From assembly GCA_030697165.1 (NCBI GenBank), contig JAUYQQ010000004.1, forward strand, positions 205,390 through 269,389: 64,000 nt of DNA. Reading direction: 5' to 3'. The notes under the pieces were generated by a model, which did not search any database, was not told the origin of the DNA, and saw only the letters and a program-made list of their open reading frames with translations. This DNA is from Acidobacteriota bacterium (GTDB lineage Bacteria > Acidobacteriota > Vicinamibacteria > Vicinamibacterales > UBA2999). Positions 8,589-17,589 of the stretch are shown piece after piece (within the stretch, counting starts at the first letter, position 1; each line of letters starts with the position of its first letter). Both the position numbers and the translations under genes were made by a program.

Positions 8589-9173
8589 TCACGCGCGGTC
8601 CTCCGCCGTCAGCACGCCGTGCCACCCGACCAATAGGTGATCTCCGAACGACTCGCGGATAGGGTGCGCTTCGATGCGGACCAGCAGAATGCGCCCGGAC
8701 GGCGTCAGCAGCCGGCAGCTGGTCAACCAGGCGCGCTGGTGCTTGACGGCGCCATCATCCGGTCCCTGCCACTCCTTGACGACGCGGACCTGGTCGAGCG
8801 AGTGCACGGCACTCACCCACTCCATGCCCATGAGGTGCGCCCGGGAGAACCCGGTCAGGTCTTCCATCGCGCGGTTGACCATCTCGAACTCGCCCTTGGG
8901 GTCGGTCCAGAACATCGGCTCAGGCAAGGCCGCCATCAGGGCGATCTGCCGTGCATCGACGCGCGCCGTCATGCGGTCGATGCGCGTCACCTTGTCCTTC
9001 ATCGACTTGCCGCCGTTACCGAGCTCGCGCTCAACTAGGTCGAGAGCCGAGCCCAATCGCTGCAGCATCTTCCGGGCCGGGTCGAAGGCCTTCACCTTCG
9101 CCCACCGCAAGAAGCCCACGGCGGCCGTGAAGGCAGCGAGCCATTGGCCGACGACTTGGAGTGACGGTTCCAT
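8589..9173 (-). CDS. single-pass membrane protein with C-terminal PAS-like domain, in the holin position
   Basis: N-terminal helix VVGQWLAAFTAAVGFLRWA. PAS-like region PEPMFWTDPKGEFEMVNRAMEDLTGFSRAHLMGMEWVSAVHSLDQVRVVKEW...LLTPSGRILLVRIEAHPI...LLVGWHGVL. Located 25 nt upstream of the endolysin. Confidence 0.6.
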   Translation of the reverse strand: MEPSLQVVGQWLAAFTAAVGFLRWAKVKAFDPARKMLQRLGSALDLVERELGNGGKSMKDKVTRIDRMTARVDARQIALMAALPEPMFWTDPKGEFEMVNRAMEDLTGFSRAHLMGMEWVSAVHSLDQVRVVKEWQGPDDGAVKHQRAWLTSCRLLTPSGRILLVRIEAHPIRESFGDHLLVGWHGVLTAEDRA

Positions 9174-9187
9174 TTTTGATCCGTCCC

Positions 9188-9664
9188 TTACTTCGCCGCG
9201 GCGTCCATCGCCGCGACGAACGCTTCGCGCCGTTCGGCCGACATCACGCCGATCGATTGCACGTAGCCGAGCATTTGTGTGACCAGCGGGTGGCCGACCT
9301 CGACGTGAGCCGCAAGCCCGAGCATCTCGAGCGCGTCGGCCAGGACGACGTCGCCGGCGGCCGCGCGCTGGCGCAGCGCGATCCGTTCCTGCGGCGTGAG
9401 TAGGCCCATGAACTCGAACCGCGAGAGGCTACGAAGGGTCGGCACCGGGAGAGGCACCTGGGTCCACACCCCGGAGTCCCACACGACCCGACGGCCCGGG
9501 TCCGGCTCCGGCCTCTCCGGCGCGAGCACGTATCCGGCGTCGGCGATCTCCTCGGCGGTGAAAGTTGTCGGGTCGGTGCGGGTTAGCCCGTTCGAGAGCC
9601 GAATCCGGAACGGGAGCGCGTCGGGCGTTTGGCCCGGAGCCCGTTCGTTGAAGTAGTGATCCAA
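9188..9664 (-). CDS. hypothetical protein (possible tail-fibre accessory or assembly protein)
   Basis: ORF with coding-like composition, immediately downstream of fibre-like genes. No motif recognised. Confidence 0.4.
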   Translation of the reverse strand: MDHYFNERAPGQTPDALPFRIRLSNGLTRTDPTTFTAEEIADAGYVLAPERPEPDPGRRVVWDSGVWTQVPLPVPTLRSLSRFEFMGLLTPQERIALRQRAAAGDVVLADALEMLGLAAHVEVGHPLVTQMLGYVQSIGVMSAERREAFVAAMDAAAK

Positions 9665-9676
9665 TTTTCCAATCCT

Positions 9677-10369
9677 CTACAGGAATGCGGGTTCAAGGGC
9701 CACCATCACGGCGCCCCAGTTCGTGACGCCGCTGAGATTCGCCGTGATCGTCAGCGAACCGGCCGGCGTTTTCGGCGAGTCGGTGTCGGCCGCTGCCGTC
9801 ACGCCGCCGTACGTGGCGATCTGTGTTGCTCCGGCCGACCACGACGTGACCGACCCGTTGACCACCGTGTACTGCACGGCCCAACAGCCGTCCACCGTGG
9901 TGGTAAAAGTGACGGGCGCCGTGGCCGACGCTACGTTGCTATTCGTGGCGAACAGCGAGATGGGCGACTGCAACACGCCCCTGTAGGAGGCCGCGATGGT
10001 GTAGCCGCCGCCTCCCGCCGTGGCCACGGTGTAGGTTCCGACCGGAGGCGCCGTCAACTCCCAGATCGAGCACATGCCCGAGCCCTGTTGCACCTGGGCG
10101 ACCTTGGTCATTGCGACGCCGTTGTACGTAACGCCGCTGGAGTCGGCCCAAGTACACACCAGCAGCTTGCGATTGTTGCCGCTCCCCACCGTGTGAGAAA
10201 ACGACGACCCGCCGGTGGTGACGGCGTCGAACGCCACCACGTCGCGTTGACGCGGCCAAATTCCGGCGCGTTGCGCGTTCGCTAGAAGGTTCATCGCCCA
10301 CACGCCGGACGCCGCCAGAATCGTCGGGGTGCGAGTCGCACCGATCACGCCGCCATTCCACCCTGACAT
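9677..10369 (-). CDS. tail fibre / receptor-binding-like protein
   Basis: The N-terminal ASGVWAMNLLANAQRAGIWP motif is common at the start of phage fibre-like proteins. The rest is Gly/Thr/Ser-rich and beta-like. Confidence 0.45.
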   Translation of the reverse strand: MSGWNGGVIGATRTPTILAASGVWAMNLLANAQRAGIWPRQRDVVAFDAVTTGGSSFSHTVGSGNNRKLLVCTWADSSGVTYNGVAMTKVAQVQQGSGMCSIWELTAPPVGTYTVATAGGGGYTIAASYRGVLQSPISLFATNSNVASATAPVTFTTTVDGCWAVQYTVVNGSVTSWSAGATQIATYGGVTAAADTDSPKTPAGSLTITANLSGVTNWGAVMVALEPAFL

Positions 10370-10372
10370 GGC

Positions 10373-10732
10373 CTAGCTCATGTCCTCGCCGCTGGCGAAG
10401 CCTTCTAAATCGCCGGCGGCCGACGCCAGCACCGTGAGCTTGTCGCCTTCCTCGAGGTAGAGGGGGCACCACTCTTTTGGCGCGACCGAACCGTCCGCGG
10501 GAATCGAGAGCGTTTGGCCCAGCTTGAAGTAGGTGGTGGTCGAGGCGTCGTACCACTCAACGGTACCGTCAACCGGAACCGAGCCGTCGACGTTCGCCAG
10601 GTTGATGACGTTCACCTTCACGACGTGGCCGGTGGCGACCGCGGGCACAAGATCGGTGCGCGATGTGCCAACCGCGCAGCCGTAGCTCTTGCCGGTGACT
10701 GTTGCGATCGCTGCGATATTGGGAGCCGCCAT
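10373..10732 (-). CDS. hypothetical virion-associated protein
   Basis: ORF in the tail-fibre cluster, tightly packed with its neighbours. Confidence 0.4.
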   Translation of the reverse strand: MAAPNIAAIATVTGKSYGCAVGTSRTDLVPAVATGHVVKVNVINLANVDGSVPVDGTVEWYDASTTTYFKLGQTLSIPADGSVAPKEWCPLYLEEGDKLTVLASAAGDLEGFASGEDMS

Positions 10733-11011
10733 TTAACCTCCGCCGAACACAATCGCCACCGCAATCGGGGATGGCCCCCACGCCGGCGCCGCGCCGGACC
10801 CCTTGGACGTCAGCACGGCGCCGTTGGCGCCGGCCGCGAGTATTCCGAATTGCGTCGTGCTGGTCGCGTACGGAACGCCGTTCGCGGCCTGGCCCGAGAT
10901 CGCAATGCCACCCGCGCGAACCGCGATGAAGTTGTCGCGCTCGTAGGTGTTCAGTTCGGCGGCGGTGTGCACCGACCCGGCGATGTAGGTTTTTGGCGAG
11001 GTCCAGGCCAT
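10733..11011 (-). CDS. small tail-fibre-region protein
   Basis: MAWTSPKTYIAGSVHTAAELNTYERDNFIAV resembles the N-terminal motif seen in phage fibre or baseplate-attached proteins. Confidence 0.4.
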   Translation of the reverse strand: MAWTSPKTYIAGSVHTAAELNTYERDNFIAVRAGGIAISGQAANGVPYATSTTQFGILAAGANGAVLTSKGSGAAPAWGPSPIAVAIVFGGG

Positions 11012-11015
11012 GACG

Positions 11016-11420
11016 TTAGAACCTCACTCCGTGTTCGGCGTTTTCGATGGCGAGCCCGACGAGGTCCTCGCCATGCCGCCACCAGCGGTTCCTTGCGAGC
11101 GGCCGGCACGAGAGGACGTGCTCGATGTTCAGGCGCGTTTCTTCGTCAGGTATCGCGACGACCGTGTGAACCGCTCCACACGCGAAGCAGCGGGCCTCCG
11201 GCCAACCTGGCTCGACGGCGTTGCCGGCCCCGCACTCGCAATCGATCAGCCATTCGCCGCCGTCGACGCGGGCGTGCACAAGCGTCGACGCGACGAACGG
11301 AATGGCCACGTCGAGCAGGCCGAGATCGGCGCGGGCGCGAATCTCGGCCTCGTGCTTGGCCGCCAATTCCTCCGGCGTTTTGACGTTGTGCAGTCGGCTC
11401 GCGCCGCGAATGCGTCCCAC
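11016..11420 (-). CDS. hypothetical zinc-ribbon protein
   Basis: Contains CECGAGN...CFACGAVH. Start set at the GTG that overlaps the upstream TAG by 1 nt (TAGTG). Confidence 0.4.
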   Translation of the reverse strand: MGRIRGASRLHNVKTPEELAAKHEAEIRARADLGLLDVAIPFVASTLVHARVDGGEWLIDCECGAGNAVEPGWPEARCFACGAVHTVVAIPDEETRLNIEHVLSCRPLARNRWWRHGEDLVGLAIENAEHGVRF

Positions 11421-12943
11421 TATGCGTACCCCAAGCGGCAGGCGGCCGCGTCCAGAACGCCGGTCACGGCGTTGTCGAGAATCTTCAGAGACCCGGCCGC
11501 CGCCGGCGCGAGGCCCCACGTGCAGACGAGCCGCGGCCCGGTCGACACCTCAAACTTGACCTTCTGAATGAACGCGTCGACCAGCGTCAAGCCAGTCATC
11601 GTCTCGGTGACCGTGATCCGATCGCCGATCTCGCGGTTGAGTGCCTGCAACATCAGGTAGTCAGACTCGTTCGCGAGGAACGACATCGAGCGGATTTGAC
11701 CGGCGAGCGTCTGCCGCGTGGTCCGGACGTAGTCGGCCAGGCCCTGCGCCACGACGGCATCGTCCTGATAGCGGAGTTCGATGTCGTAGGGACGAACGCC
11801 GTAGTCCTCGGCCTCGTACGACTGGATCGTCTGCGCCCCAAGGTCGTACACGCCGCGGCCGCGCACCTGCAGGGACGTCCGGAACAACGCCGCGGCGCCG
11901 ACGTTGGTCACGACGAACTTCGCCGTCGTGCCAAACGCTTCGCAGACGACGGACAGGCTAGACGTCAGGTCCGCTCCCGACCCATTGGCCGCGCTGTTCG
12001 CGGAGTAGTCGGTGCCGGCGACGAGTGCCTCAATTGGGTCGACGCCGCCGATCCGCACTTGCGGGTCGGCCGGGTCGCTGTAGTTGCCCCAGATCGTCAC
12101 CGTTTCGCCCGGCGCCATTTCTGGCGCCCCGCCGGTCTGCGCCCAGAGGACGGTGGTCGGCGACGGATCGACCGTCTTCGGGCGGATCGTCGCGCGCACC
12201 AGGTTGAAGGCGCCCTCAAGCGACGAGGGCACCTCCAGCCGGACCATCGTCTCGTTGAACGTCCCCTGCGACACCGCGAGCGCGCGGGCGTGGCGCGTGC
12301 GGTAGATAAACGTGCCGTCGCCGCGCGTCGCCTGCAGGCCCTGCGCGCTGACCACGTAGTCCTTGATCAACGTCGCCGCCTTCACGCCGCCCCGGATGTC
12401 GTCGGCCGAGTACGGATACACGTCGACGCCGGCGTCGATGTCGCGCGCCGGCGGTTGCGCCTCGGCGGGGATCGCGTCGAGGACCGCCTCGATCGACTCC
12501 GCCTCGGTCTTGTTGACCTGCACGGCCATCTCGCGGACGTCGGTTTCGATCAGGTCGTGCTGATGGTCGTACGCCACGACCTTGACCCGCTGCGATCGAT
12601 ACCGCCCGGATTCCGGATCAATGACGCGGACCTTGCCGCGGAACTTTGTGTAGTCGACCGCCGAGTAATTGAAGATCGCCTTCACCTGGTCGCCGAAGCC
12701 CCACCCGGCCCTCTTGTTCGCGTGAAGCGGCGAGTACGCGCCCTGAAGGCCGAGCGAGTTTCGCGCGTGGTTCTTCAGTAAGTACGCGAGCACACCGGAC
12801 CCGGCGACCAGATCCTCGGGACCGTTGCCGTCGATGCCGTATTCGAGATTCAACGCTGAGCCGGCCGCGTCCAGATCGTCACTAAAGTCAGTCCAGACGC
12901 CGGACAATTCCGTCAGGAGGCGCATCGAGAAGGCGACGCCCAT
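11420..12943 (-). CDS. phage tail protein (distal-tail / minor tail type)
   Basis: A 507-aa ORF directly after the tape measure gene, overlapping its stop. This position and size are typical of siphovirus Dit/Tal-type proteins. Confidence 0.6.
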   Translation of the reverse strand: MGVAFSMRLLTELSGVWTDFSDDLDAAGSALNLEYGIDGNGPEDLVAGSGVLAYLLKNHARNSLGLQGAYSPLHANKRAGWGFGDQVKAIFNYSAVDYTKFRGKVRVIDPESGRYRSQRVKVVAYDHQHDLIETDVREMAVQVNKTEAESIEAVLDAIPAEAQPPARDIDAGVDVYPYSADDIRGGVKAATLIKDYVVSAQGLQATRGDGTFIYRTRHARALAVSQGTFNETMVRLEVPSSLEGAFNLVRATIRPKTVDPSPTTVLWAQTGGAPEMAPGETVTIWGNYSDPADPQVRIGGVDPIEALVAGTDYSANSAANGSGADLTSSLSVVCEAFGTTAKFVVTNVGAAALFRTSLQVRGRGVYDLGAQTIQSYEAEDYGVRPYDIELRYQDDAVVAQGLADYVRTTRQTLAGQIRSMSFLANESDYLMLQALNREIGDRITVTETMTGLTLVDAFIQKVKFEVSTGPRLVCTWGLAPAAAGSLKILDNAVTGVLDAAACRLGYA

Positions 12944-15261
12944 TAGCCTCGACCTCCGAGCGCGAGCGCGTTCTGCATGGCCAGTGCTAACGCGCGAGGC
13001 TGGTCACTGAGTAGGCGTTCGATCCGATCCAGAGCGGCCGAGTCGCCGCCGCCGGCGCCGTGCTCCGCGGCGAAGGCCGCGGCCTGGTCTTCTCGCACGA
13101 CGGCCTCACGACCGTGCAGAGTCGCGCGCGTACCGGCGCCGAAATTCTGGAACCAATCGCCCGACGCGCCCTTGGTGCCGACCGCAAATGTGGCGGAGCC
13201 GTCGCCGCCGCGGTCCTCGGTGTAGATGTCGATGTGTTCGGTGATGACCCTGGTGCGAACCTCCCGGTTCATACTGTCGAGGGCGCGATTGACTCCATCA
13301 AGCTGACCGACCACGCCGCCGACCGCGCTGGCCGAATCGCGAGCTGCGCGTTCGACGGCATCCAGGCTGGCGTCGACCGTGCCCGCCGCGGTGGTGCTCG
13401 TCGTGGCCGTGCCGTCCATGATGGCCTTGATCGCAGCGATCGCGGCCTCGGTCTCTCCCGCGCCCTTCTTGCTCGACTGCCATAACCGTTCCGCGGCCGC
13501 CAAAGCCTCGTCCTCGCTGTGCCCGGCGGCAATGTAGGCGTCGCGAATGGCGATCACCGTCATCTTCCAGGACTCGTTCCCGGCTTCATTGCGCTGCGTC
13601 TGCGTGAGCAAGGAGTGCAGCTGGCCCTCGAAGTCCGCGACCGCCTGGCGGCCGCGCAGCTCCTCAGCGGACGGTCCGCCAAAGATGCTCCTGAAGAACC
13701 CGCCGATCCGTTCGGCCACCGGTCCGAACAGGGCGCCCAATGATGGCAGCAGCGCTGTCACCGCTTCGCCTATGCCAAACGGCAACGCCGCCTTGATCGC
13801 GGGCCCGAACTTCTCGGAGAACTTCGTCATCAAGTTCGTGCCGATCGCCGCGCCGGCGGCGCCGATCACACTGCCGCCGCCCTGAATGGCCGACATGATG
13901 GCTTGTGGCAATCCGGCGATCGCGCTCTGGAACAGGCTCACGCCCTTCGTGCCGGCGTCCGCGAGTTGCGTGCTGACGTTCTTGATCGATGGCGCGAGCA
14001 GGGCGCCGTTCGTTTCGGCCCACTTCTGCGCTTCGTCCTGCATCTTCGCGGTGTCCTGAATGGCGCGCGTCATGATCGGTTGCCCTTCGACGAGGGACGC
14101 TTTCGTCAACTTGAACCAATCGGGCGTGGCCGCGACCTGACCAACCGTCTGCTTCAGCTCCTGGTAGCGCTTGATCTGATCCTCCAGCGACTTCGTCAGT
14201 CGATCGATCTGCGGGTCGAGCTCTGCGACCTCTTTCTTTGCCTTGCCGGTCGCATCGCCGTACTGGCCCATCACCGGTGGCAGTTTGCGGAGCACGGCCT
14301 CCTGCTTGGGCATCTCGACATTCATCGCCTTGATGGTGTCGGCCATGCCCTGCGACTTCTCCTCGAAGAACTTGGCGGCGTCACCGGCAATCCCGAGGTG
14401 CTTACCAAGGACAGGGACCTTCGTCGCCGCATCCGCGACGCCGCCCAGGAAGTCGTATATCCACTTCTGCGCCTGCATGCCCCACTGGATGAGGGTCTCG
14501 AAGCCACCCTGGAGCGCCGGCAGGCCAGTGCGCGCGAGATCGCTGACGGCGCCGGCGAGATACGTCAGGGCGGGCAGCATCGGCTTCAGGACCTGCGCAA
14601 TGAGCGCCATGCCCGCCGTCTCGAGCACCGTCAGCGTGTCGCCGAACTCGTCGCCGGCGGCGACCAGGTCTTCGTCGAGGACGAGACCCATCTTCTTGAA
14701 CGATTCCGTGGTTTCGCCGAGTTTGCCGTCGAGGCCGGCGAGCACTTCGATGCCGCCCTTGCCGAAGACCTCCATCGCGATCGCGGACCGCTCCATCGGG
14801 TTTTTGATACCCGCGACCGCGTCGCCGATCTTGATGAAGGCCTTGTCCGGCTCCATCTTCACGAGCTCGTCGGCCTTGAGGCCAAGCGTTTGGAGGGCCT
14901 TCACGGCGCCCTCGTCTCCGCCGACCAACTTGCGCGACATCTGCCCGACGGCCGCGGTGACCGTGTCGATCGAGACGCCGGCCTGATCGAAGTGCATCTG
15001 CAGTACCTGCAGGCCGGTGGTGCTGATGCCGGTCTTGGCCGACATGTCGGTCAGCTTGCCGGTGAACTCGGTGAACTTGGTGATCAGGGCCGCAATGCCA
15101 AGTGCGGCCATGGCACCCTTTAGAGCGTCGATACCTCCCTGAACGCTCTTGAACGATTTTTCCATCTGCGACGAACCTTTGGCCACGTTGGCAGCGATCT
15201 GCACAACAACTGGCGACATCTGGTCGATCGCCTTCAAGAGGGCGGTTAGGGTGTAGTTCAT
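12943..15261 (-). CDS. tail tape measure protein
   Basis: 772 aa, Ala/Gly/Leu-rich and helical. The N-terminal core ...GISTTGLQVLQMHFDQAGVSIDTV...MERSAIAMEVFGKGGIEVLAGL is typical of tape measure proteins. It follows the chaperone pair. Confidence 0.85.
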   Translation of the reverse strand: MNYTLTALLKAIDQMSPVVVQIAANVAKGSSQMEKSFKSVQGGIDALKGAMAALGIAALITKFTEFTGKLTDMSAKTGISTTGLQVLQMHFDQAGVSIDTVTAAVGQMSRKLVGGDEGAVKALQTLGLKADELVKMEPDKAFIKIGDAVAGIKNPMERSAIAMEVFGKGGIEVLAGLDGKLGETTESFKKMGLVLDEDLVAAGDEFGDTLTVLETAGMALIAQVLKPMLPALTYLAGAVSDLARTGLPALQGGFETLIQWGMQAQKWIYDFLGGVADAATKVPVLGKHLGIAGDAAKFFEEKSQGMADTIKAMNVEMPKQEAVLRKLPPVMGQYGDATGKAKKEVAELDPQIDRLTKSLEDQIKRYQELKQTVGQVAATPDWFKLTKASLVEGQPIMTRAIQDTAKMQDEAQKWAETNGALLAPSIKNVSTQLADAGTKGVSLFQSAIAGLPQAIMSAIQGGGSVIGAAGAAIGTNLMTKFSEKFGPAIKAALPFGIGEAVTALLPSLGALFGPVAERIGGFFRSIFGGPSAEELRGRQAVADFEGQLHSLLTQTQRNEAGNESWKMTVIAIRDAYIAAGHSEDEALAAAERLWQSSKKGAGETEAAIAAIKAIMDGTATTSTTAAGTVDASLDAVERAARDSASAVGGVVGQLDGVNRALDSMNREVRTRVITEHIDIYTEDRGGDGSATFAVGTKGASGDWFQNFGAGTRATLHGREAVVREDQAAAFAAEHGAGGGDSAALDRIERLLSDQPRALALAMQNALALGGRG

Positions 15262-15267
15262 CGGTTG

Positions 15268-15567
15268 CTAGTCGCGGTTGCGTCCACCTCGCGAGCGCAT
15301 GGCTCGCAGTTGCAGTTCAAACACAAGGTCGACCATCGGGTTCGCCCCTTCGGGCGGGAGGCTGTCCTCGCCCTTCGAATCCCGTACAAGGTGGAAGGCG
15401 TCGGCATACGCACGCAGCTCCATCACCCGCAGCACAAGGTCCCGGTGCCGCCGCAGTTCGCGCACTGCGAGGCTGGGCGGAAGGTGAAACTCTTCGGCTA
15501 TGCGGCTTACCACCCATTCCTGTGGCATCAGGGACTTGCGTCCCTCCAGGAAGCGGTGGAACCGCAT
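15268..15567 (-). CDS. tail assembly chaperone, frameshift-extension (T-like) part
   Basis: The ORF lies in the -1 frame relative to 15567..15998 and is reachable through the A_AAA_AAC slippery site. It sits between the tail tube and tape measure genes. Confidence 0.6.
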   Translation of the reverse strand: MRFHRFLEGRKSLMPQEWVVSRIAEEFHLPPSLAVRELRRHRDLVLRVMELRAYADAFHLVRDSKGEDSLPPEGANPMVDLVFELQLRAMRSRGGRNRD

Positions 15568-15998
15568 TAGGCGTTTTTTCTTTCGTCCTCCGACTCGAAC
15601 AACGACGGGTTCGACAAGCGCAACACCTCGCGCGCCACGGCCTTCGCCGTGGCCGGTTCGAGTTCGTCGATCCCCTCGCTATCCAAGCTGGTCACGCCGA
15701 TCGTGAGCAGCACGCCGATGTCGTAGGACACCAGGGGGTCGGCCTTCGCGGCTGCCTCGATTGCAGGCCGGCCGCCGGCCTCGCGGATCTCCTTCACCAC
15801 GGCCATGCCGCCAAGTTCACGCACGTGGGCTATCGCCGCCTTCGTGTTGGCCTTCTCGGCTTCCTCGAGGCGGCGCCAGCCCAGGCGCTTGACGGTAATG
15901 ACGTCGGGGCCGGTAACGGCGCGCACATTGGCGAGCTCGACACCGGCTTCGGTGGTGATGCTGATGACCTTGAAGGTCGCTGCTGAAGGTTCGGACAC
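15567..15998 (-). CDS. tail assembly chaperone (G-like)
   Basis: Positioned between the major tail and tape measure genes. Acidic C-terminus; ends ...ESEDERKNA* with the slippery heptamer 2 codons before the stop. Confidence 0.65.
   Translation of the reverse strand: MSEPSAATFKVISITTEAGVELANVRAVTGPDVITVKRLGWRRLEEAEKANTKAAIAHVRELGGMAVVKEIREAGGRPAIEAAAKADPLVSYDIGVLLTIGVTSLDSEGIDELEPATAKAVAREVLRLSNPSLFESEDERKNA
15573..15579 (-). promoter_or_regulatory. programmed -1 ribosomal frameshift slippery heptamer A_AAA_AAC
   Basis: Minus strand reads gaa agA AAA AAC gcc taa. A -1 slip gives AAA AAA CGC CTA ATG CGG TTC..., which is the frame of ORF 15268..15567 (MRFHRFLEG...). Confidence 0.6.
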
Positions 15999-16095
15999 GG
16001 TTCACTCCTCGTCGTTTGCGTGATGCACAACCGGCGGCGGGGTCACGCGTGCGCGCGCCGCCGGGGGAATCCCGCCACTGAGGCGGGAGAGCGCG

Positions 16096-16518
16096 TTAGG
16101 CTTCGGTGACCGTCCCGGTGGGGGCGAGCAACGTCGCGTACTTCGTGATTTGGCCGCGCGCGGCGATGCGGGAGAACTTCTTGATCCAGGTTTCCACGGA
16201 GGTGGTCTTCGTGCCGCCCCAGGTGGTCTTCGCCGTGCGGGTGCTGTCGCTCGGGCCGTCCGCGACGTCGTTGTACACGGCGTTGGGGCCGGTGCTGGCC
16301 GTGTCGTCATAGAAGCCGCCGACCGTCAGGTCGTTCATCTTCCGAAGACCGACCGCCAGCGACGCCACCCAGGACACACCGAAGGCGTGCGACTCCTCAA
16401 GGATGGCTTCAATCTCGACGCCACCGATGTCGAGCGTGTGTGGGGTCATGTCCTGCAGGGCCCCGCCCGGCGTTGCGTCGAATTCGAAAACGAGTGAATT
16501 TGCTCCGTACTTGGCCAC
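16096..16518 (-). CDS. major tail (tube) protein
   Basis: A 140-aa protein just upstream of the chaperone pair. It is a paralogue of 16856..17587; both share MAKYG... and G.SW...L.VGLRK.....G.FDD. Confidence 0.6.
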   Translation of the reverse strand: MAKYGANSLVFEFDATPGGALQDMTPHTLDIGGVEIEAILEESHAFGVSWVASLAVGLRKMNDLTVGGFYDDTASTGPNAVYNDVADGPSDSTRTAKTTWGGTKTTSVETWIKKFSRIAARGQITKYATLLAPTGTVTEA

Positions 16519-16641
16519 GATGCCCCCTTATGGAAAGCGCTCACTACTGAGCGCGGTCCCGTCAGGCGGCTACTGAGGTGGAAGCTGCAGGATGCAGCGG
16601 ACCTCGAGCGGGCTCCGGAACGAACGAAATCAACGAACCGA

Positions 16642-16875
16642 CTACTTCGCGGCGATCTCTATCTGCCAAGCGGCCGCCGCGACCTTCAGGCCCTTGGCGT
16701 GCCGCTGAAGCGCAGCGGCAAACACTTTCTCGCGTGCGTTCAACCGCTCTGGCGCCACCCGCAGACCAGCCACCGCGAGGCGCTCCATGGCCTCGGCCTG
16801 AGCCGTGAACGTGGCCAGGTCGGCGGGTAGTGCGTCCACGTTCAAGCCATGGGGGCTATCCACGCGCCGCTCCAC
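16642..16875 (-). CDS. hypothetical protein
   Basis: A 77-aa ORF between the two tube paralogues. It overlaps the upstream gene by 20 nt. Confidence 0.3.
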   Translation of the reverse strand: MERRVDSPHGLNVDALPADLATFTAQAEAMERLAVAGLRVAPERLNAREKVFAAALQRHAKGLKVAAAAWQIEIAAK

Positions 16876-17587
16876 ACATGGGCGTCAGCGACCCCGATCC
16901 GGTCACGTCGCCCTTGTACGCCAGGTGCCGGTTCACGGTGCCGGCGGCCGTCGCCCGCTCCTTCGCCGGCGCGGCCGTCACGTTCGCGAACGTGATCAGG
17001 TCGGCGTAGGTCACATCGTCGGCCGAGTGTCGAATCTTGCCGACGAATCCGCTGAACCCGCTAAGCGCCGTCACGTGCTGGTAGCCCACCAAACCGTTGG
17101 CCGACGAAGCGCCGTTGTCGACCGAATCGGCGCCTTCGGTGTCCCAGTCGGCTGTCTTCGCGGTCAGGTGCTGGAGGATGACCCCCTCGTCCACCTGGCC
17201 GGTCAAGGTGTAGACCACCGAGGCCTTGTGAAGGCCGCCGCGGCTGCCGGCGCGCGTGTACTTCGCGCCGAACGCGCCCTGCAGCCCGGTGAAGCGCTTG
17301 CCGATCGTGTTGCCCTCGACACCGGTGCACACAATGCGCGACGTCGCCTGCTGTTCGTTGAACGCTGCGTTCTGGCCGTCCGCGGCGTCGTCGAACAGTC
17401 CGTTCTGCGACATCGTCGCCTTGCGCAGGCCGACGGGCAGGTGTTCTAGCCAGCTGTCACCGACGCCGGTCGTCTCCTCGAGCACGGCCTCTGGCTCCGG
17501 CACGTTGACGTCGAACACCTTCGACGCGAGCAGGTTGAAGCCATCGACCAGGATGAACGGGACGTCCTTGCCGCCGTATTTGGCCAT
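16856..17587 (-). CDS. tail tube paralogue with C-terminal extension
   Basis: N-terminal ~130 aa align with 16096..16518 (MAKYGGKD..., EAVLEETTGVGDSWLEHLPVGLRKATMSQNGLFDD). An extra ~110 aa follow at the C-terminus. Confidence 0.6.
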   Translation of the reverse strand: MAKYGGKDVPFILVDGFNLLASKVFDVNVPEPEAVLEETTGVGDSWLEHLPVGLRKATMSQNGLFDDAADGQNAAFNEQQATSRIVCTGVEGNTIGKRFTGLQGAFGAKYTRAGSRGGLHKASVVYTLTGQVDEGVILQHLTAKTADWDTEGADSVDNGASSANGLVGYQHVTALSGFSGFVGKIRHSADDVTYADLITFANVTAAPAKERATAAGTVNRHLAYKGDVTGSGSLTPMCGAARG

Positions 17588-17589
17588 CG

